Assembly: GCA_951406725.2 (NCBI GenBank)
Contig: OX597828.1
Coordinates: forward strand, 32,178,001-32,242,000
DNA: 64,000 nt
Direction: 5' to 3'
DNA from: Octopus vulgaris
Taxonomy: Eukaryota
Positions 1 to 13,432 of the stretch are shown here, piece by piece. The position numbers and the translations under genes were made by a program. How positions within the stretch are numbered: position 1 is the stretch's first letter; every line of letters begins with the position of its first letter. The notes under the pieces are model-generated. The model saw only the letters and a program-made list of their open reading frames with translations. It made no database searches and had not been told where the DNA came from.

Positions 1-1016
1 AATCGAGATAATAAAGTCTTCGATTGAGGCAAACTTTACGTATTTATTACACTTAAATTTTGCCTGAAATTGTACATAATCCTAATATGAGCTGCTGAAT
101 TTGAGCTTTAGAAAACTAACAAAATAGCTGAAACTCCATAAATATTGCAATAGAGAACATGGTAATAATTCTAGTTTTCAATTTCTAGTAAGAAATATTA
201 TACCACCGTAGTTGAATATTTTTTTTTATTTGTATGTTGAAAGAAAGTAGAATATACCGAATATTGGATTGAGCCACTTAAATACTGGATTGATGTGTGT
301 TAAATGCGTGGGTTTATACAAAAGTTATAAATATGTGTGTCTATATGCGAAGACTTCTGGTGTACTTTTATGCATGCATAGATGGTGAGAGCTAGCAAAC
401 GCAAATGTTAGGCTGTGTCTGTGCTTATATGCGCACTTGTGTATGGTTTTATATCAACACCTGCTAAAGCACAAGCAGTCAGGTGAACATCGAGTATGAA
501 AAACGAACAGTATATAATCGTACTAATATATGAATGCTGACTATCAACGTACTGAGAGGGAGGAAATAGTGTCTATAAGATAATACTTTCTGAAGAGAGT
601 CCATAGCTAAAAGGCTGAAACAGTGAATAACGGAACGCATTAAATATTGTATGTTAGATGATGAATATTTTACATTTAAGAATAATCATACTTACAAATA
701 CAAAAGAACAAATATTAATATATATCACACATACCAACACATACACTCCACATACACTCCGCACACTGGCATACACACGCATACACACACACACACACAT
801 ATACGTATATATGTGTGTGTGTGTGTGTGTGTTTGTGTGTGTATGTGTGCGTTTATCATAAATTCTAGCAGATACTTATCTGTCTTGGAATATAAGAATG
901 ACATTATATTTATCAGACTCGACATATCATCAATAATTATAGACACAAGATTATTTTACTCGTATCTCAGAGACTTACATGAACGTAGGTATGCATTTAT
1001 GTGAGGTTGCTTTTGC

Positions 1017-1021
<5 letters not shown>

Positions 1022-1078
<57 letters not shown>
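1022..1078. repeat. (TA)n microsatellite
   Basis: Pure TA run; representative of dozens of similar runs in the window. Confidence 0.95.
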
Positions 1079-1080
<2 letters not shown>

Positions 1081-1390
1081 TTTAAGGGAGACAGAGATAT
1101 GAGGGTAAAACAAGCCGATAGACAATTGATATTCTTCGTACTTTGGATGCAATATTTGCTTACACCTCACCCATGTTCTTATAAAAAAAAAGAAAAGAAA
1201 CTACAGCAAAATATCAGAATTTAAATGGAAGACAACTTTCTAGAAATACGGAGGTATCGAACGAGACATTTTTTTTGTCTATGCAATTTTCTAAAGTTGT
1301 TTTTCAGCTGATACGATCGCATCTTGATATGCAGTGTCTATGATAGATAACTTGTCTCTCGTCTCTCGTCCGTAATAAATAACTTCCTCT

Positions 1391-1582
1391 AGGATGGCGA
1401 GCAGGCAGATTCTTTAGAATGCTGGGCGAAATGCTTAGCTGTATTTCGTCTGCCGTTAGGTTCCTTTCGAAGTCGATTAAATAAGTACCGGTTACCCTCT
1501 GGTGTCGATCTAATCGATTTAATCCCTTTGTCTGTCTTTCTCCTGTCTGTTTAGCCACACCCTCGCCTGTGGGCAATAAATA
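1391..1582 (+). mobile_element. SINE family A copy (internally deleted, tail type 1)
   Basis: Head ggatggcgagcaggcag..gaaatgcttagctgtatttcgtc matches other family A copies; perfect 17-bp TSD aataaataacttcctct at 1374-1390 and 1583-1599. Confidence 0.9.
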
Positions 1583-1883
1583 AATAAATAACTTCCTCTT
1601 CCAAATTACCATTACAAATAACATGAATGCAATCGCTCGATTAGTAAGTAGCTTTGTCCCTTTCTCCGTGCACTATCATTAAAATTGCGACTCGGGACGT
1701 ATCAGCCGAAAGGCAATGAAATTATAACTGGCATATACATGCAAGCGCGTACAAACAGAATATAGGTACCATTTTCAACAGTGGGCTTCGCGCACCTAAT
1801 TTATTATTCATGTAATTCATAGAAAGTTTCAAATGATTTGCATTCATGTAGTAAACGAAACTGTTTCAGTATTACGTATATTC

Positions 1884-2088
1884 GAAGGCGGAGAGCTGGC
1901 AGAAGCGATAGCACACCGAGCGAAATGCTTAGCGATATTTTCGTCTTAATTTACGTTCTGAGTTCAAATTCCGCCGAGTTCGAATTTGCCTTTCAGCCTA
2001 GCAATTTGCTTTTCCTGCCGGGGGGTCGAGCTAATCGACTTGCCCACTCCTCCAGAATTTCGGGCCTTGTTCCTAGAATCGAAAAGGA
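1884..2088 (+). mobile_element. SINE family A copy (tail type 2)
   Basis: Box A-like tggcagaagcg and box B gagttcaaattcc; 14-bp TSD tattacgtatattc at 1870-1883 and 2089-2102. Confidence 0.9.
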
Positions 2089-2309
2089 TATTACGTATAT
2101 TCAAGCCGGAATGAGCTAAGATTAACTGACAGCTACAATAACTAAAATCCACTTTCATCATCAGTGAATACTTAAATTCTTTAATGTAGGTTTTCCTCTC
2201 ATTGCTTAGAATGTAACTTCATGAGGTAGAATAGTAGTAATGGAGCAGCAAAACTAATTAAAATTTCAGGTATATTTCATAATTTCCTGCGTGTCAGACC
2301 AAAAATGTT

Positions 2310-2496
2310 GTCAGAGGATCTGAAATGTGAAGTGGGGACTAGTCAATTACGTGGACCCAAGTGTTTCACTGCTACTTAATTTATCGGCCCCGAAAGTACG
2401 AAAAGCAAAGTAGCACATGGCGGAATTTGAAAACTCAGAACGTAGTGACGAGCAAAATACGGCTAAGCATATCCTGCAGCGTGCTAACTATTCTAC
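2310..2496 (-). mobile_element. SINE family A, degenerate
   Basis: Reverse-complement match: acttaatttatcggccccgaaag..ggcggaatttgaaaactcagaacgta..gctaagcat..gtgctaac. Confidence 0.8.
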
Positions 2497-2499
2497 AAG

Positions 2500-2570
2500 G
2501 AAGAAGAAGAAGAAGAAGAAGAAGAAGAAGAAGAAGAAGAAGAAGAAGAACAACAACAACAACAACAACA

Positions 2571-2619
<49 letters not shown>

Positions 2620-2620
2620 T
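2500..2620. repeat. Compound trinucleotide microsatellite (GAA)n(CAA)n(TAA/TGA)n
   Basis: Directly visible; source of the poly-K/N/R/I ORFs. Confidence 0.95.
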
Positions 2621-5600
2621 CGCTTCATGCAAAAGAGAATTTCTACAGTTAGCTATCAATTTTTCAGATTAAAATTAGCAACGTAATAACTTTAATTTGA
2701 AAGATACTTCTCTATGAGTAATACTTTCCTAAACCTGGTTCGTAGGCGTGAGAAAATGACTCTCCAAATCCGTTTTTTTCCAGCTTTTAGTCTTATGCTG
2801 ATGCAAACAGAAAACGTATGCAACGCTTGGACTTTAGGGGGCCAAATTTTCCATAGAGTCAGACTACAGAATTGTATATTTCAGTCCCCGATGTGCATAA
2901 CAGAATATTGTTTATAAGAAAGAGAATAAATGGGAGGACAAAGAGTATAAGTTTCGGGGTGCTACAGCTCTTCCTGACGTGTACTAGGTACAGCAAAACC
3001 AGCACAAATACTAGAAGATCAATGGATACCATGTTGTATGTGTAATGTTTTTGTGCATATTTCCGCTAAGGCTTTGAACTTATATTGCACCGTTTATACG
3101 ATATCATTAGCAAGTGTATTGAATTTTATTTTTACACTTCATAAAGTCTCAGTTTCATTCGTGAGGTCATATTTTACGGCAACATACAATGACACAGTAT
3201 GTATACTATTTCTTTATTAATGACACAGTATGTATACGCTGCGCGATGGTCTCTGTAAGCAATATTACAAAATTGATGTATTTGTAATACACAACACGTT
3301 ACTGTTCTGGTTTATAATCTATGCGTGTGTGAATAGTAAAATGTAATCTAAAATATTTTCCAAGACGTAGGCGTACTTGTGGTAGTGGAGAAAATTTCCA
3401 AATAGCACAAACATTGATTTTTTTGTATATTTATCTCGGCATCGTTTATGAAAGAAGTTCTTTTAATACACCGAGTGAATCGCCTATATGTCATTTCATT
3501 AAAAAACGTGTTTTATTTTTATTGGAGTTATTGAATATGTAGACGAAAGAAATAAATAAGTACACGGAATTTGAGAGAATGAAAAATGTTTGTAATAATG
3601 TTCTTGAAATTTATTTAACAAACTATCAATCGGTCGGACCACTAGAAATACTGCTGGTATTAATGTCCATCGTGTTCATAGAATGTAAAAAGATAACTGC
3701 TGTAAAAAAAGAATTTTAATGAGGATTAAAACATTATTTCTGTAATCATTGCGGGGGAGAAAACCGTAAAATTGGAACTGAATCAAACAAGATAATTAAA
3801 TAATGGATTTCTCAAATGATTATGATGACATTTAAAGTTCATTTTTATTTTGTTAATGTTGACATTGTAAGCCAAAATATTAATGTGATATGAACCTTCC
3901 ATTCCGAAATGTGTAACCATTTAACGAATACTTTTCAAAGGCAAATTACATGCAATGAGCGTTTTTTCTCATAAGTAATTACTTTAATGTAATTTCAAAA
4001 GTCATTATAAAACAGGGATTCAAAAATTTCTTGAAGAGATTAGCACACTGTAGGATTAATGCTTTTATTTAGTTATCCCATTATCGTCTCCATTATTAAA
4101 GCTAAATCTAAGGATAAAGGGAAATTTGACAGTAAAGATATTTCATTCTATATCTCTTCATTCCTATTATATGCACAATGGCGTCAACCGAACACTGCAT
4201 AACTACGTACTTCTCATTATACCAACCATAACTTTTGTATAACACATTTGCAACATTTTATTACATTTCACTTTTTCAGTTTGTTCTCTATTTTGATAAA
4301 AGCTTCTTATTCAAAACGTCGATGGTGATTTTCATTTGCACATGGCTTAATAACTTGAATGTGTTTATTGCTATATTCATTTGAATTACTCTCACGCACA
4401 AATTCCTACATTACTCTGATTCTGAGTATCATATTCCCACTTAGCTTCTTTGATATATTTATAATGTCATCATAACTCATATAAATTGTAATGTAAACGA
4501 CAACAAAGCCCTGGTTTCTACCTTTTATAATAGAGATCCCATTTGCTTTTAAGTTAATATTCAGATCACTTGCTTCAAACTAAAAACCGTTCATTATAAA
4601 CTTATCAAATTATATGACTCGGCAAATACATTCTTACTGATAAATATTTCTAGCACTCAAACACTCAAATGCAGCGTAACGTTTTTGGTTTTTTGACACA
4701 TGCTGTGAATAACGTGGATATTCTTTACGCAAGCCTTCAAAGTGTTGAGAATATCAATCAAGTCTCCCTCAATTCATGTGATATCGCCTGAATTGAAAAT
4801 GAACTTCTTGATATTGATGATATAGCGGACGATACAACCTGAAATATCTTTGAGATATCTTTCAAATATAAGGTTTTAGCAAAGCCGATTTTACTGGTGA
4901 GTCAGTTTTCGCAGGCATGGCTAATGGTGCTCCATCTTGCTTTATCAATATATTGGCTGCTTCCTAAAATATGGGATTCTTACCTGAATAAAAGAAATCA
5001 AGGGAAAGCCTAACTATATGTGTTTGTGGTGTTTGCATCCCGAGCTAGTTATATTTAATTAATTTTCCTGCCATTATGTCCCTCTTAGCAAACGCGTACG
5101 ACTTATGCCATGCAACTTATAAACCATAACTGAATACGTGTTTATACTGTCTGTATCATACTTTACACACGTATTAACTCATGTTCTTACAAACACTGGC
5201 AGTAGAAAGTGTGGCATACTATTTATCAAGCATCTAAAATAGAGTTAGGACCCTTTTTCTCGCAGCCAAATATCCGCCTGCGATCAACTTTAAATCCCTT
5301 GGCTGAAAAAAACTCATTAGAAACACGTACTGAAAACAAAACATGATTTAATATAATTTCCATATATATGAGTTAGTAAGATTAAGGATTTAACATTTTT
5401 CTCGTCGAAAGCCTGCCTCTACAAGTGCCATTATCCGCATAGTCTGCTCCTGCTATTTAAGGCACTCTACAACTTTGTATAAACCATGAAATAAAGATTC
5501 GTAACTAAATACTGTTTCTGTCACTCACTGTCTTATAGATGACTATAATATCATGGTTATTTAGATTTACAATCTTTCCGCAACATCCTTCCAATTTCAA

Positions 5601-7344
5601 GTAAAATAATGGGATTTTTCATTTGGAATTGTACTCTTTGCTTACAGTTCTATTATAGCATTGTTGTACATTCTTATAATACAGATTTTCCTAGCATCAA
5701 ATCGCAAATGCTTCAGAATAAATTCCAGTTGAGAAAGGAAAGAAAAAGAAACAATTTTTTCTTTTCTTTTCTTTCTATTTTACAAATGTGAATCCAAAAC
5801 AAAGGAATACATACAGGAAAAATATATGAAACAAGCAAGTAAAGGAAAACTACATACTGCATCAATTGAGAATTGAGCGAGAATACATAGCATTTATTGA
5901 GCGGACCAACAAAATAAATAAAATAAAAAGATGTATAAGTAAATGTTTTACGCTGATGCAGTTTTTTTTCTCAAAACAATGGTATGTACTCTCAAATTAT
6001 CGAGACATGCCGTCTACACTACCGCTGGGAAAAGCACGATATTGTAATCAGGAAAAAAAAAAACGACAGCCACAATAGCAGCAAGAACAAAAGCAATGAC
6101 AAAAGGATACCTGATATCAAGAAAGAAAATGTCTAATGCTTATCAACAATAGAAACAAGAATGTGAAAGACTATGACATCAACAATAAAATGAAAATGAT
6201 CAAAAACAATATTATTACTGAGCTCATCAATCTATTCCGAGATGATATTGCCAGGAAGAAACCATAAATACATGTTATTTTTGTTGTTGATTGCATTGTT
6301 TTCTGCCATCGACAACATTGCCTTTGGCGTCGGTGGACTGCGTTTCCTTTATTCTGAGAATGCTTTTGAAACTCTGACAGCCCTCGGACATTCGCAGATC
6401 AGTTACTGTAGAACAGATGGGCATCGCAAGTTCGATACCACTGTCCTCCTTCTTGAAATCCCATGTAGCTGTCCATTACAATGCTCGGAATATTGAAGTA
6501 CTGTTCGATTACAAATTGTTACAGATGCCACAATTCACTGCATTTAGTCATGATTATTTCGCTTATTGCATGATAGGATATGATACCCTAAGTGGTTGTA
6601 TTGAAAGCTTAGGAGTTATTTGAGATCAGAAAGCAAAACAGCAGGAAGGGATACTACATGCTATCTCATCCATCTTCTATAAACTCCCCCTTGCTAAATT
6701 GGAACTGTATCAATTCAATTCCATTGGATGAAGGATAAGGTTAACATCCGTGCTCAGACGATTTGCCTCAACTCAAACCTTTAGAGTAATTGATTTTGAC
6801 TCAGAAAGATCGAACAAATAACCTTCTATCGACACTATTATTTCACTATCCATAATGTTGTGGAAACCCGGAAATTTTGTAATCTATGACTAAAAACATG
6901 CAGAGATGCAAATGTGTGGAGAGACGCTGAAGATGCAAACGAATTGTACAATTAAAATGTATAAAGGCATGAGTCAGCATTTCATTTTATTAACTTCACT
7001 TTCGTAACACAAACACAATATACATGTCTTTAATCGCTTAAATACTTTATGATATTTTATGTTTGGTACGATTTAAGTTTAATTCCAGCCGAAGGTATTC
7101 CATCCATCCTTCTGTTTGATTAAATAAAATACCACTGGAGTATTGTCGTAAATTGCTGGTTTTGGGTCTAAATTAGAAATATTTATTATAAAAATGACAC
7201 TAGGTATCTCGAAATCAAGTCAAAATGATTGACGTCTTTTATAATTGTTTTTCTCGTGTCATAAGGCATCACACCCAACAATTATGTTTCCACAAACCTA
7301 CGTTAAGTGATGTAGTAGCACTTCTAACACAGTAGAACACAGTA

Positions 7345-7723
7345 TTCTTTTCTCTTCTAGGCATAAGGCCCGAACATTGGGGGGGAGGAGTCAGTCGATT
7401 AGATCGACCCCAGTACGCAACGACCCCAAAAAGATGAAAGACAAAGCCGACCTCGGCGGAATTTGAATTCATAAAGACAGAAGAAATACCTATTTCTTTA
7501 TTACCCACAAGGGGCTAAACATAGAGGGGACAAACCAGGACATACATAGGTATTAAGTCGATTACATCGACCCCAGTGCGTAACTGGTACTTAATTTATC
7601 GACCCCGAAAGGATGAAAGGCAAAGTCGACCTCGGGGGAATTTGAACTCACAACGTAGCGTCAGATGAAATACCGCTAATCATTTCGCCAGGTGTGCTAA
7701 CGCTTCTAATAGCTCACCGCCTT
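7345..7723 (-). mobile_element. Dimeric SINE family A (full monomer plus 5'-truncated second monomer)
   Basis: Two tandem cores (gacccc..gatgaaag..cgacctcgg..gaatttgaa); TSD cagtagaacac at 7330-7340 and 7724-7734 encloses both. Confidence 0.88.
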
Positions 7724-7952
7724 CAGTAGAACACCATATTGACTTATGAATGTATTTAAGGTAATTTATAGTATATAATGTTTGTATAACAAAATACGAT
7801 GCCACTACAACACATTAGAACCTACGGCAGTTGAGCAACAAAGTTGCGTACGCTTCCAGCGCTGTGGAATGTAACAAAATGATAAAAATCTTCTCATATA
7901 ACTTTATTTAAATTAGGGGTGGTGTGAACCTCAGTGTTCCTAGTACTTTCTA

Positions 7953-7956
<4 letters not shown>

Positions 7957-8013
<57 letters not shown>
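7957..8013. repeat. (TC)n microsatellite
   Basis: Directly visible. Confidence 0.95.
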
Positions 8014-8017
<4 letters not shown>

Positions 8018-8037
8018 CAATATTATGATGTCATAAA

Positions 8038-8250
8038 AGGCGACAAATTGAGAGAATCGTTAGCACGTTAGGCATGATGGTTATCGTCATTTCGGTCGTA
8101 CTTATGTTCTGAGTTCAAATTCTCCTGTGGTCGAATTTGCATTTCATTCTTTTGGGGTAGATAAAAATGTACCGGCTGGACACTCGAGTCGATGTAAGCA
8201 ATATATCTCTCAATATTGCTGGCCTTATGCCAAATTTTGAAATTATTATT
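8038..8250 (+). mobile_element. SINE family A, diverged
   Basis: ggcgacaaattgagagaatcgttagcacg..gttctgagttcaaatt..gctggccttatgcc; degenerate TSD tattatgatgtcat / tattaagatgtgat. Confidence 0.82.
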
Positions 8251-8508
8251 AAGATGTGATTAATTTAGAGTTGTTTTCCCATTATACACACGCTCAAGAT
8301 CGAATCTTATACTATTTATTATGAAGACAGGTTGGGCCGTATTTCCTTAACATATTAATTCAACGTCACTTTGTTTATATTTCTGAAGGATTTCAGTAAA
8401 GCTATGTTTTTAGAAATGAATTTTGTCGATCATTGAATCTTGTAAAATGAATGCATAATACATTATCCATGCAGTGATTGAGATGCAAGATATATTTGGG
8501 AAAATTTT

Positions 8509-8720
8509 AATGCGACGAGCAGGCAGAAACGTTAGCACGCCGGGCAAAATAGTTAGCTGCATTGTCTTTACGTTCTGAGTTCAAATTCCGCAGAGGTCGA
8601 CTTTGCTCTTCATCCTTTCGGGGTCGATAAATTAAGTACAATTTGCATAGTGGGGTCGAACTAATCGACTGGCCCCCTGCCCCAAAATTTTGATCCTTGT
8701 CCCTACAGCAGAAAATTTTA
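8509..8720 (+). mobile_element. SINE family A (tail type 2)
   Basis: ggcagaaacgttagcacgccgggc..gagttcaaattccgc..catcctttcggggtcgataaattaagtac. Confidence 0.88.
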
Positions 8721-10199
8721 TTGGAGAACATTTTTTGACAACTGATTTCGTCAATCATTTCAGGGAACTTGAGTTTTCTATCCTTCCTCTCATTCCGTGA
8801 TCTGTATAAAGATTAAATAGTTACAGAGACCATTTCAACATAAGATAAGTTTCTTTTCTCTATTTTTATAAACTACATAGGAGCGAATGAAGTGTTTATT
8901 ATTTAATTTTGTTTACTTACGTAAAAATAACAGAGAATTTCTTTTTAGTTTTTCAACTCAATAAACAAAAAAGGAAAAGGTGGCCAAGAATATATTGCAT
9001 GAGAGTATCATGAAATGATTAACAAAGAAAGATAGTGTAGCAAAATGGCACAAATGTCTTTTAAATATATAAATATATCATGTTAACAACACAAATAAGT
9101 TTGCCGTTTCTTTTTCTTGTAATTTTTTTTTTTTTGCTTCTTCCGTTCACTTATTGTTGTTGAATATTTCTCTCTTTTTTCTTCCTATCTTTTTTGTTCC
9201 ACTTTAACATTACCCTTGAGGTTACCAGACTGCAAAGCTAGTAATTATATACCGGCTTATTGACGTTCGCCATCTATAGAGGGATAATTTAGAGCAAGTT
9301 CTCATCTTTTGTTTCGTTGATTGGTTGCTTTTCTCTGTGTTTTCTTTAATGTGTCTGTCGTATTTTCTCAAATATTTTACTAGGTGTAATTATGTAGTAC
9401 TTATTTTGAATTGCGAATCAATATATTCCATGACAATCTGATGCAGACGGAGGTTTTCTATGTGAAGTATATCAAAATAGACATGAATAACATACAAACG
9501 CACATACTGCTTCATATATCACGGAGGAATCAAATACCTGATTGCATCTACAATTAAATTTATAGCTTCTGAAGAAGGGCGGGAGAAATACGGTTCGATT
9601 AGTGGTGTATATTAATAGTCTCATGCATCCGCTTGCTGAGTCATTAACACATAACTAGCCTGAAACTAAACACAAGATTCAACTTAACCTTAATTCTTTG
9701 GGCAAGAATGCATTGAAGTCGATATATTCCGGACTTTTTGAGAAGGAAAGAAATGTGATAATCGAATCTAAATACCATATTTATCAAGGAAAACCATCAG
9801 CGCATAGAGAAGAAGGAGCAATTTCTTTTGTGTTCAAAAAACTATTCCTAAACTTTGATAGACATGGAAGTAGCAAACTTACAAGATATTTGTCAAAAAC
9901 AATAATTCATACTATTGAAAAAAAACAGGCACGCGGGCAGGGCAGAGAGTATATAAATACATATACATATATGCATTTATGTGTGTGTATACAGACACAT
10001 CTAGTAATGTGCGTGTATGCATAAGAGTTTTTCTTTCAATTTTATTTAAGTATTTCTTAAGACGTTAAATAAGCGAAAGAGCACCCGGTGTTTGTAAATG
10101 TCGTTGGGTAGCTGTGTTGTTTAAGCTTCAAATACGCACAGACTAAACAGTGTATGCATCTATTCACTGTATGAATTTCTGATCGAGAATCTCTGGAAC

Positions 10200-11600
10200 G
10201 TGTTACAAATCTTCACTGTGCCACTAATAATTTGGATTTGGAGAATCCGGGTTAGCTCCGTTTAGTATTCCCAAGAAGAACCTATAATTTTTTTTTCCGA
10301 ATAGCTTTGTAGGTACATAGATTATGTACCTTGATGATAGGTACAAACGAGAATTCATAGTCAGGTTACAAGAGCTGTAAGTTTTGCATCAATTCACCAT
10401 AACTGTTCTCATTTTCCTGGACTTTTAATAGCATATTCACAACCGCTGTACACTGGCACTCTATAGCATTGCATTATTTTTGTCCCCCATTCCATACAAC
10501 CATATCTGCTCTGCTATGCTTGCATTGAATTGCTGTATTTTCTGGAGTGTTGCGCAAGCATTCCTTGTTTTTAAAGGTATGAATAACTGCAGGTTATGTC
10601 ATGACGTTGATTTATACGTCTGGGAAATCCTTCTTGCGGTCAGCACTGCAAATTCTCTTTGCAACTATATTATACATCTGTAACAGATATTAACTGGTAG
10701 ACATTTTGAGCACGCTGCTGGTGATATGAGGGGTATCCTTTACACTGGTATAGCAGAGCCAACATTTTCTAACACATCATGGATATTTGGGGGTATATTT
10801 GTCTCTTTTGTTTATCGGATATCTAGCAGTTATTACTTCCTAGGTGGAAGTAATGTATCTATCACAAGTCCTGGGGAAGCTCCTCTTCCTTTCAATGCTG
10901 TTGTCATCCTCTAGCTTATATATGTACCCATGCACTGCTTTTTGCTCGTATGACGCCTGCTTCCCCTATAAATGTCTGTTCAAGTAGGCCAGTCTAGCCT
11001 CCTTTGGGTGTCATTTGGGTGATAGTTTTATACTCAAATTTCCTCCTGTGTACTCCTTCCTCATCTCTTAGGATGTTGTGGCTTTCACATTTGAGCATGC
11101 ATGTAATGTACTCATTCCTTTATTTACTGCCCAGCAGTTGTCTCAGTGATACAATGCGAAATTCACAGTATGACTGCTCTTATTTACCGCTATCACTTCG
11201 TCTTATATAAGTCCTATCAGTATCGCTTTTAATGAGAACGTTTCTAGCTGTAGATCTCGTTAAGTGTGCTATCCAATATCCCAAATGTCGGAATTACCAT
11301 GGATAACAATGCCATTGAGAGATGCGGACATGTTAAAGGCAGACAGCTCGGAGTATCCACATCCAACAGAAGTACTCTCTTGCTAAACTGACTGTAGTGA
11401 AAACACCAATGCATGCAATATTCTCATCGATCGCGAGATACTTGTAGTATTCATCATTAGATATAGAGGGGATAGACAAACCAGTGATGCACATACTGTC
11501 TGTCTGACAGTCGTTCCACGGTTGACTGCTATGTATGAGCATTTATCTTGCCCAATCTCCATTCTTCTGTCTCCAGAGAATGTGATTTTGATCGTATTAT
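10200..11600 (-). mobile_element. Decayed non-LTR retrotransposon, R4/Dong-type (RT C-terminus to REL endonuclease)
   Basis: Minus-strand remnants TFSGDRRMEIGQDK (cf. FSxDIGMxFGxDKC), DEYYKYLAIDENI (cf. YKYLG), RHD and SYGELMQNLQLL.PDYEFSFVPII; many stops and frameshifts; ends approximate. Confidence 0.7.
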
Positions 11601-11668
11601 TAGAATATATATTTAAGTCACGAGCAAAAATGTGTGCGGTGACATTTTATTCTTTTTTCGTATCCCAG

Positions 11669-11762
11669 GTATGTATGTATGTATGTATGTATGTATGTAT
11701 GTATGTATGTATGTATGTATGTATGTATGTATGTATGCGTGCATGTATATATGTATGTATGT
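11669..11762. repeat. (TATG)n microsatellite
   Basis: Directly visible. Confidence 0.95.
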
Positions 11763-11872
11763 AAACAAGAGCGGAGCATCGAACCCATGCTGTCCACACG
11801 GATTATAGATTGACTTTTCAGCCTCAAGTATTTTCTATAATCTCCCATTATTGCATGTCTATGTGGGCCCAC

Positions 11873-11938
<66 letters not shown>

Positions 11939-11990
11939 ATATATATATATATATGTGTGTGTGTGTAAATATATACATTTATATACAGTC

Positions 11991-12022
<32 letters not shown>

Positions 12023-12032
12023 TTATATACAT

Positions 12033-12064
<32 letters not shown>

Positions 12065-12070
12065 GTCTAA

Positions 12071-12193
12071 GAGGGACATATATGTTGAATAAAATCATGT
12101 GTAACTCTTTCACTTGTATTTCTTATTCTAAAAGCCAGAAGCTTTTCATTACCCACTCGTATGATATACAAGAATGCTATGTAACTTAGGTCT
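12071..12193 (+). repeat. ~120-bp direct repeat, copy 1 (copy 2 at 16121-16240)
   Basis: gagggac..tatgttgaat.aaatcatgt.taact.tttcacttgtatttctt..ccagaagcttttcattac..ctcgtatgatata.aagaatgc.atgtaacttaggtct in both copies. Confidence 0.9.
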
Positions 12194-12261
12194 TCAGTCT
12201 CCCTAGCAAAGATCTTTCTGGGCTTTCTTCATTTTCTGTTTACATATCTAATCGCAAATAC

Positions 12262-12345
12262 TTGCCCAAAGTGCCACAGACTTGGACTGCCCCCGAACTA
12301 CTTGCTTGGGAAATAAGATTCTTGCTAGTCAGCCACACCTGCGCT
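12262..12345 (-). mobile_element. SINE family B head fragment, old
   Basis: cttgcccaaagtgccaca..cagccacacctgcgc is the reverse complement of the family B 5' end. Confidence 0.65.
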
Positions 12346-13381
12346 TTATCACAGTTTTCATTGGTTTTATACATATAAAACTGAATTTTCCCAATATCCA
12401 TACGCACACCCTCGTTGGTCTCTGATATTTCTAATATTTACATATGAGTTTCTTGTCAAATCTACTTTGTTTAACGCAATGAATTGAAATGTGTGTTTAA
12501 ATTTTATCATGTCACGTACGTGCGTGATCATACTCGAGTACACACAGATTTCACGTATATACGTATTCATGCATGCACTGAGGCCATGCTTGAACACTAT
12601 GTGCAACTGTTTCGTTGATATCCATCTTATCTCGCTCTCAGTTACTCCTAAATTGCAGAATATAAAATGAATAGATCAGCAAAATTCTCAATAGTTTCAT
12701 TCTAAATTTCTACTTGAAAAATGTAGTTAAAATGATAAAACTCTGCAATACATTACCCCAGGCTATCATGCTGTTTGATCCATCTCAAATTACATGATAT
12801 GTTCAGGGAACTTCTGTTGTACGGAGCCATATACTATCATATGTAAGCATATATCTCAGCGCACAAGCGTTTCCGCTTTATAAGCAGCTGTATGTATGCT
12901 TTTCGACTTAGAGATAACTTTGAGAAAATATGATTACTTACGCCTTTAATTGCAGTATTGCTATGGGTAACTGTGTGATGCATTAATCATAAATGCATTG
13001 CTATCGTTTTAAAACGAACCTTTCAGAAGGCCTTGCATGATTATCTCTTGGAAAGTATTGCACAAAACAAAAATTCATTTAAAAATGCATGTTTCGTATA
13101 TGCTCTCGAGGCTTAGTATTCACCGTTTTCAACACAAAACGCCTACATACAAATTACTCACTAGCAACTTTTCGCTTATACACATATAAATGAAAAAGCA
13201 TACAAGCATATATGTACATACATATGACAATATATTTATTGGCTCGCACATTCATAAATATATATATGCATACACACCCATATATATATATGCATAAACA
13301 TATATGTGTGTATCTTTGTATATATATATAAATAGATAGATAGATAGATAAATATACATGTATCTATCTATCTATCTATGC

Positions 13382-13432
<51 letters not shown>

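Noticed and set aside
4900-4960. Minus-strand IKQDGAP resembling a Tc1/mariner motif
   Set aside because: Single short motif with no supporting flanking motifs.
6242-6496. 84-aa ORF with a signal-peptide-like N-terminus
   Set aside because: Short, no recognisable domain; hydrophobic runs are expected in T-rich DNA.
9569-9667. ctgaagaagggc..gcctgaaact hammerhead-like ends
   Set aside because: Needs an ~80-nt insert in stem II and lacks a valid cleavage triplet and stem I. Similar weak motifs near 590-625, 4293-4322 and 53817-53843 are also too decayed to call.
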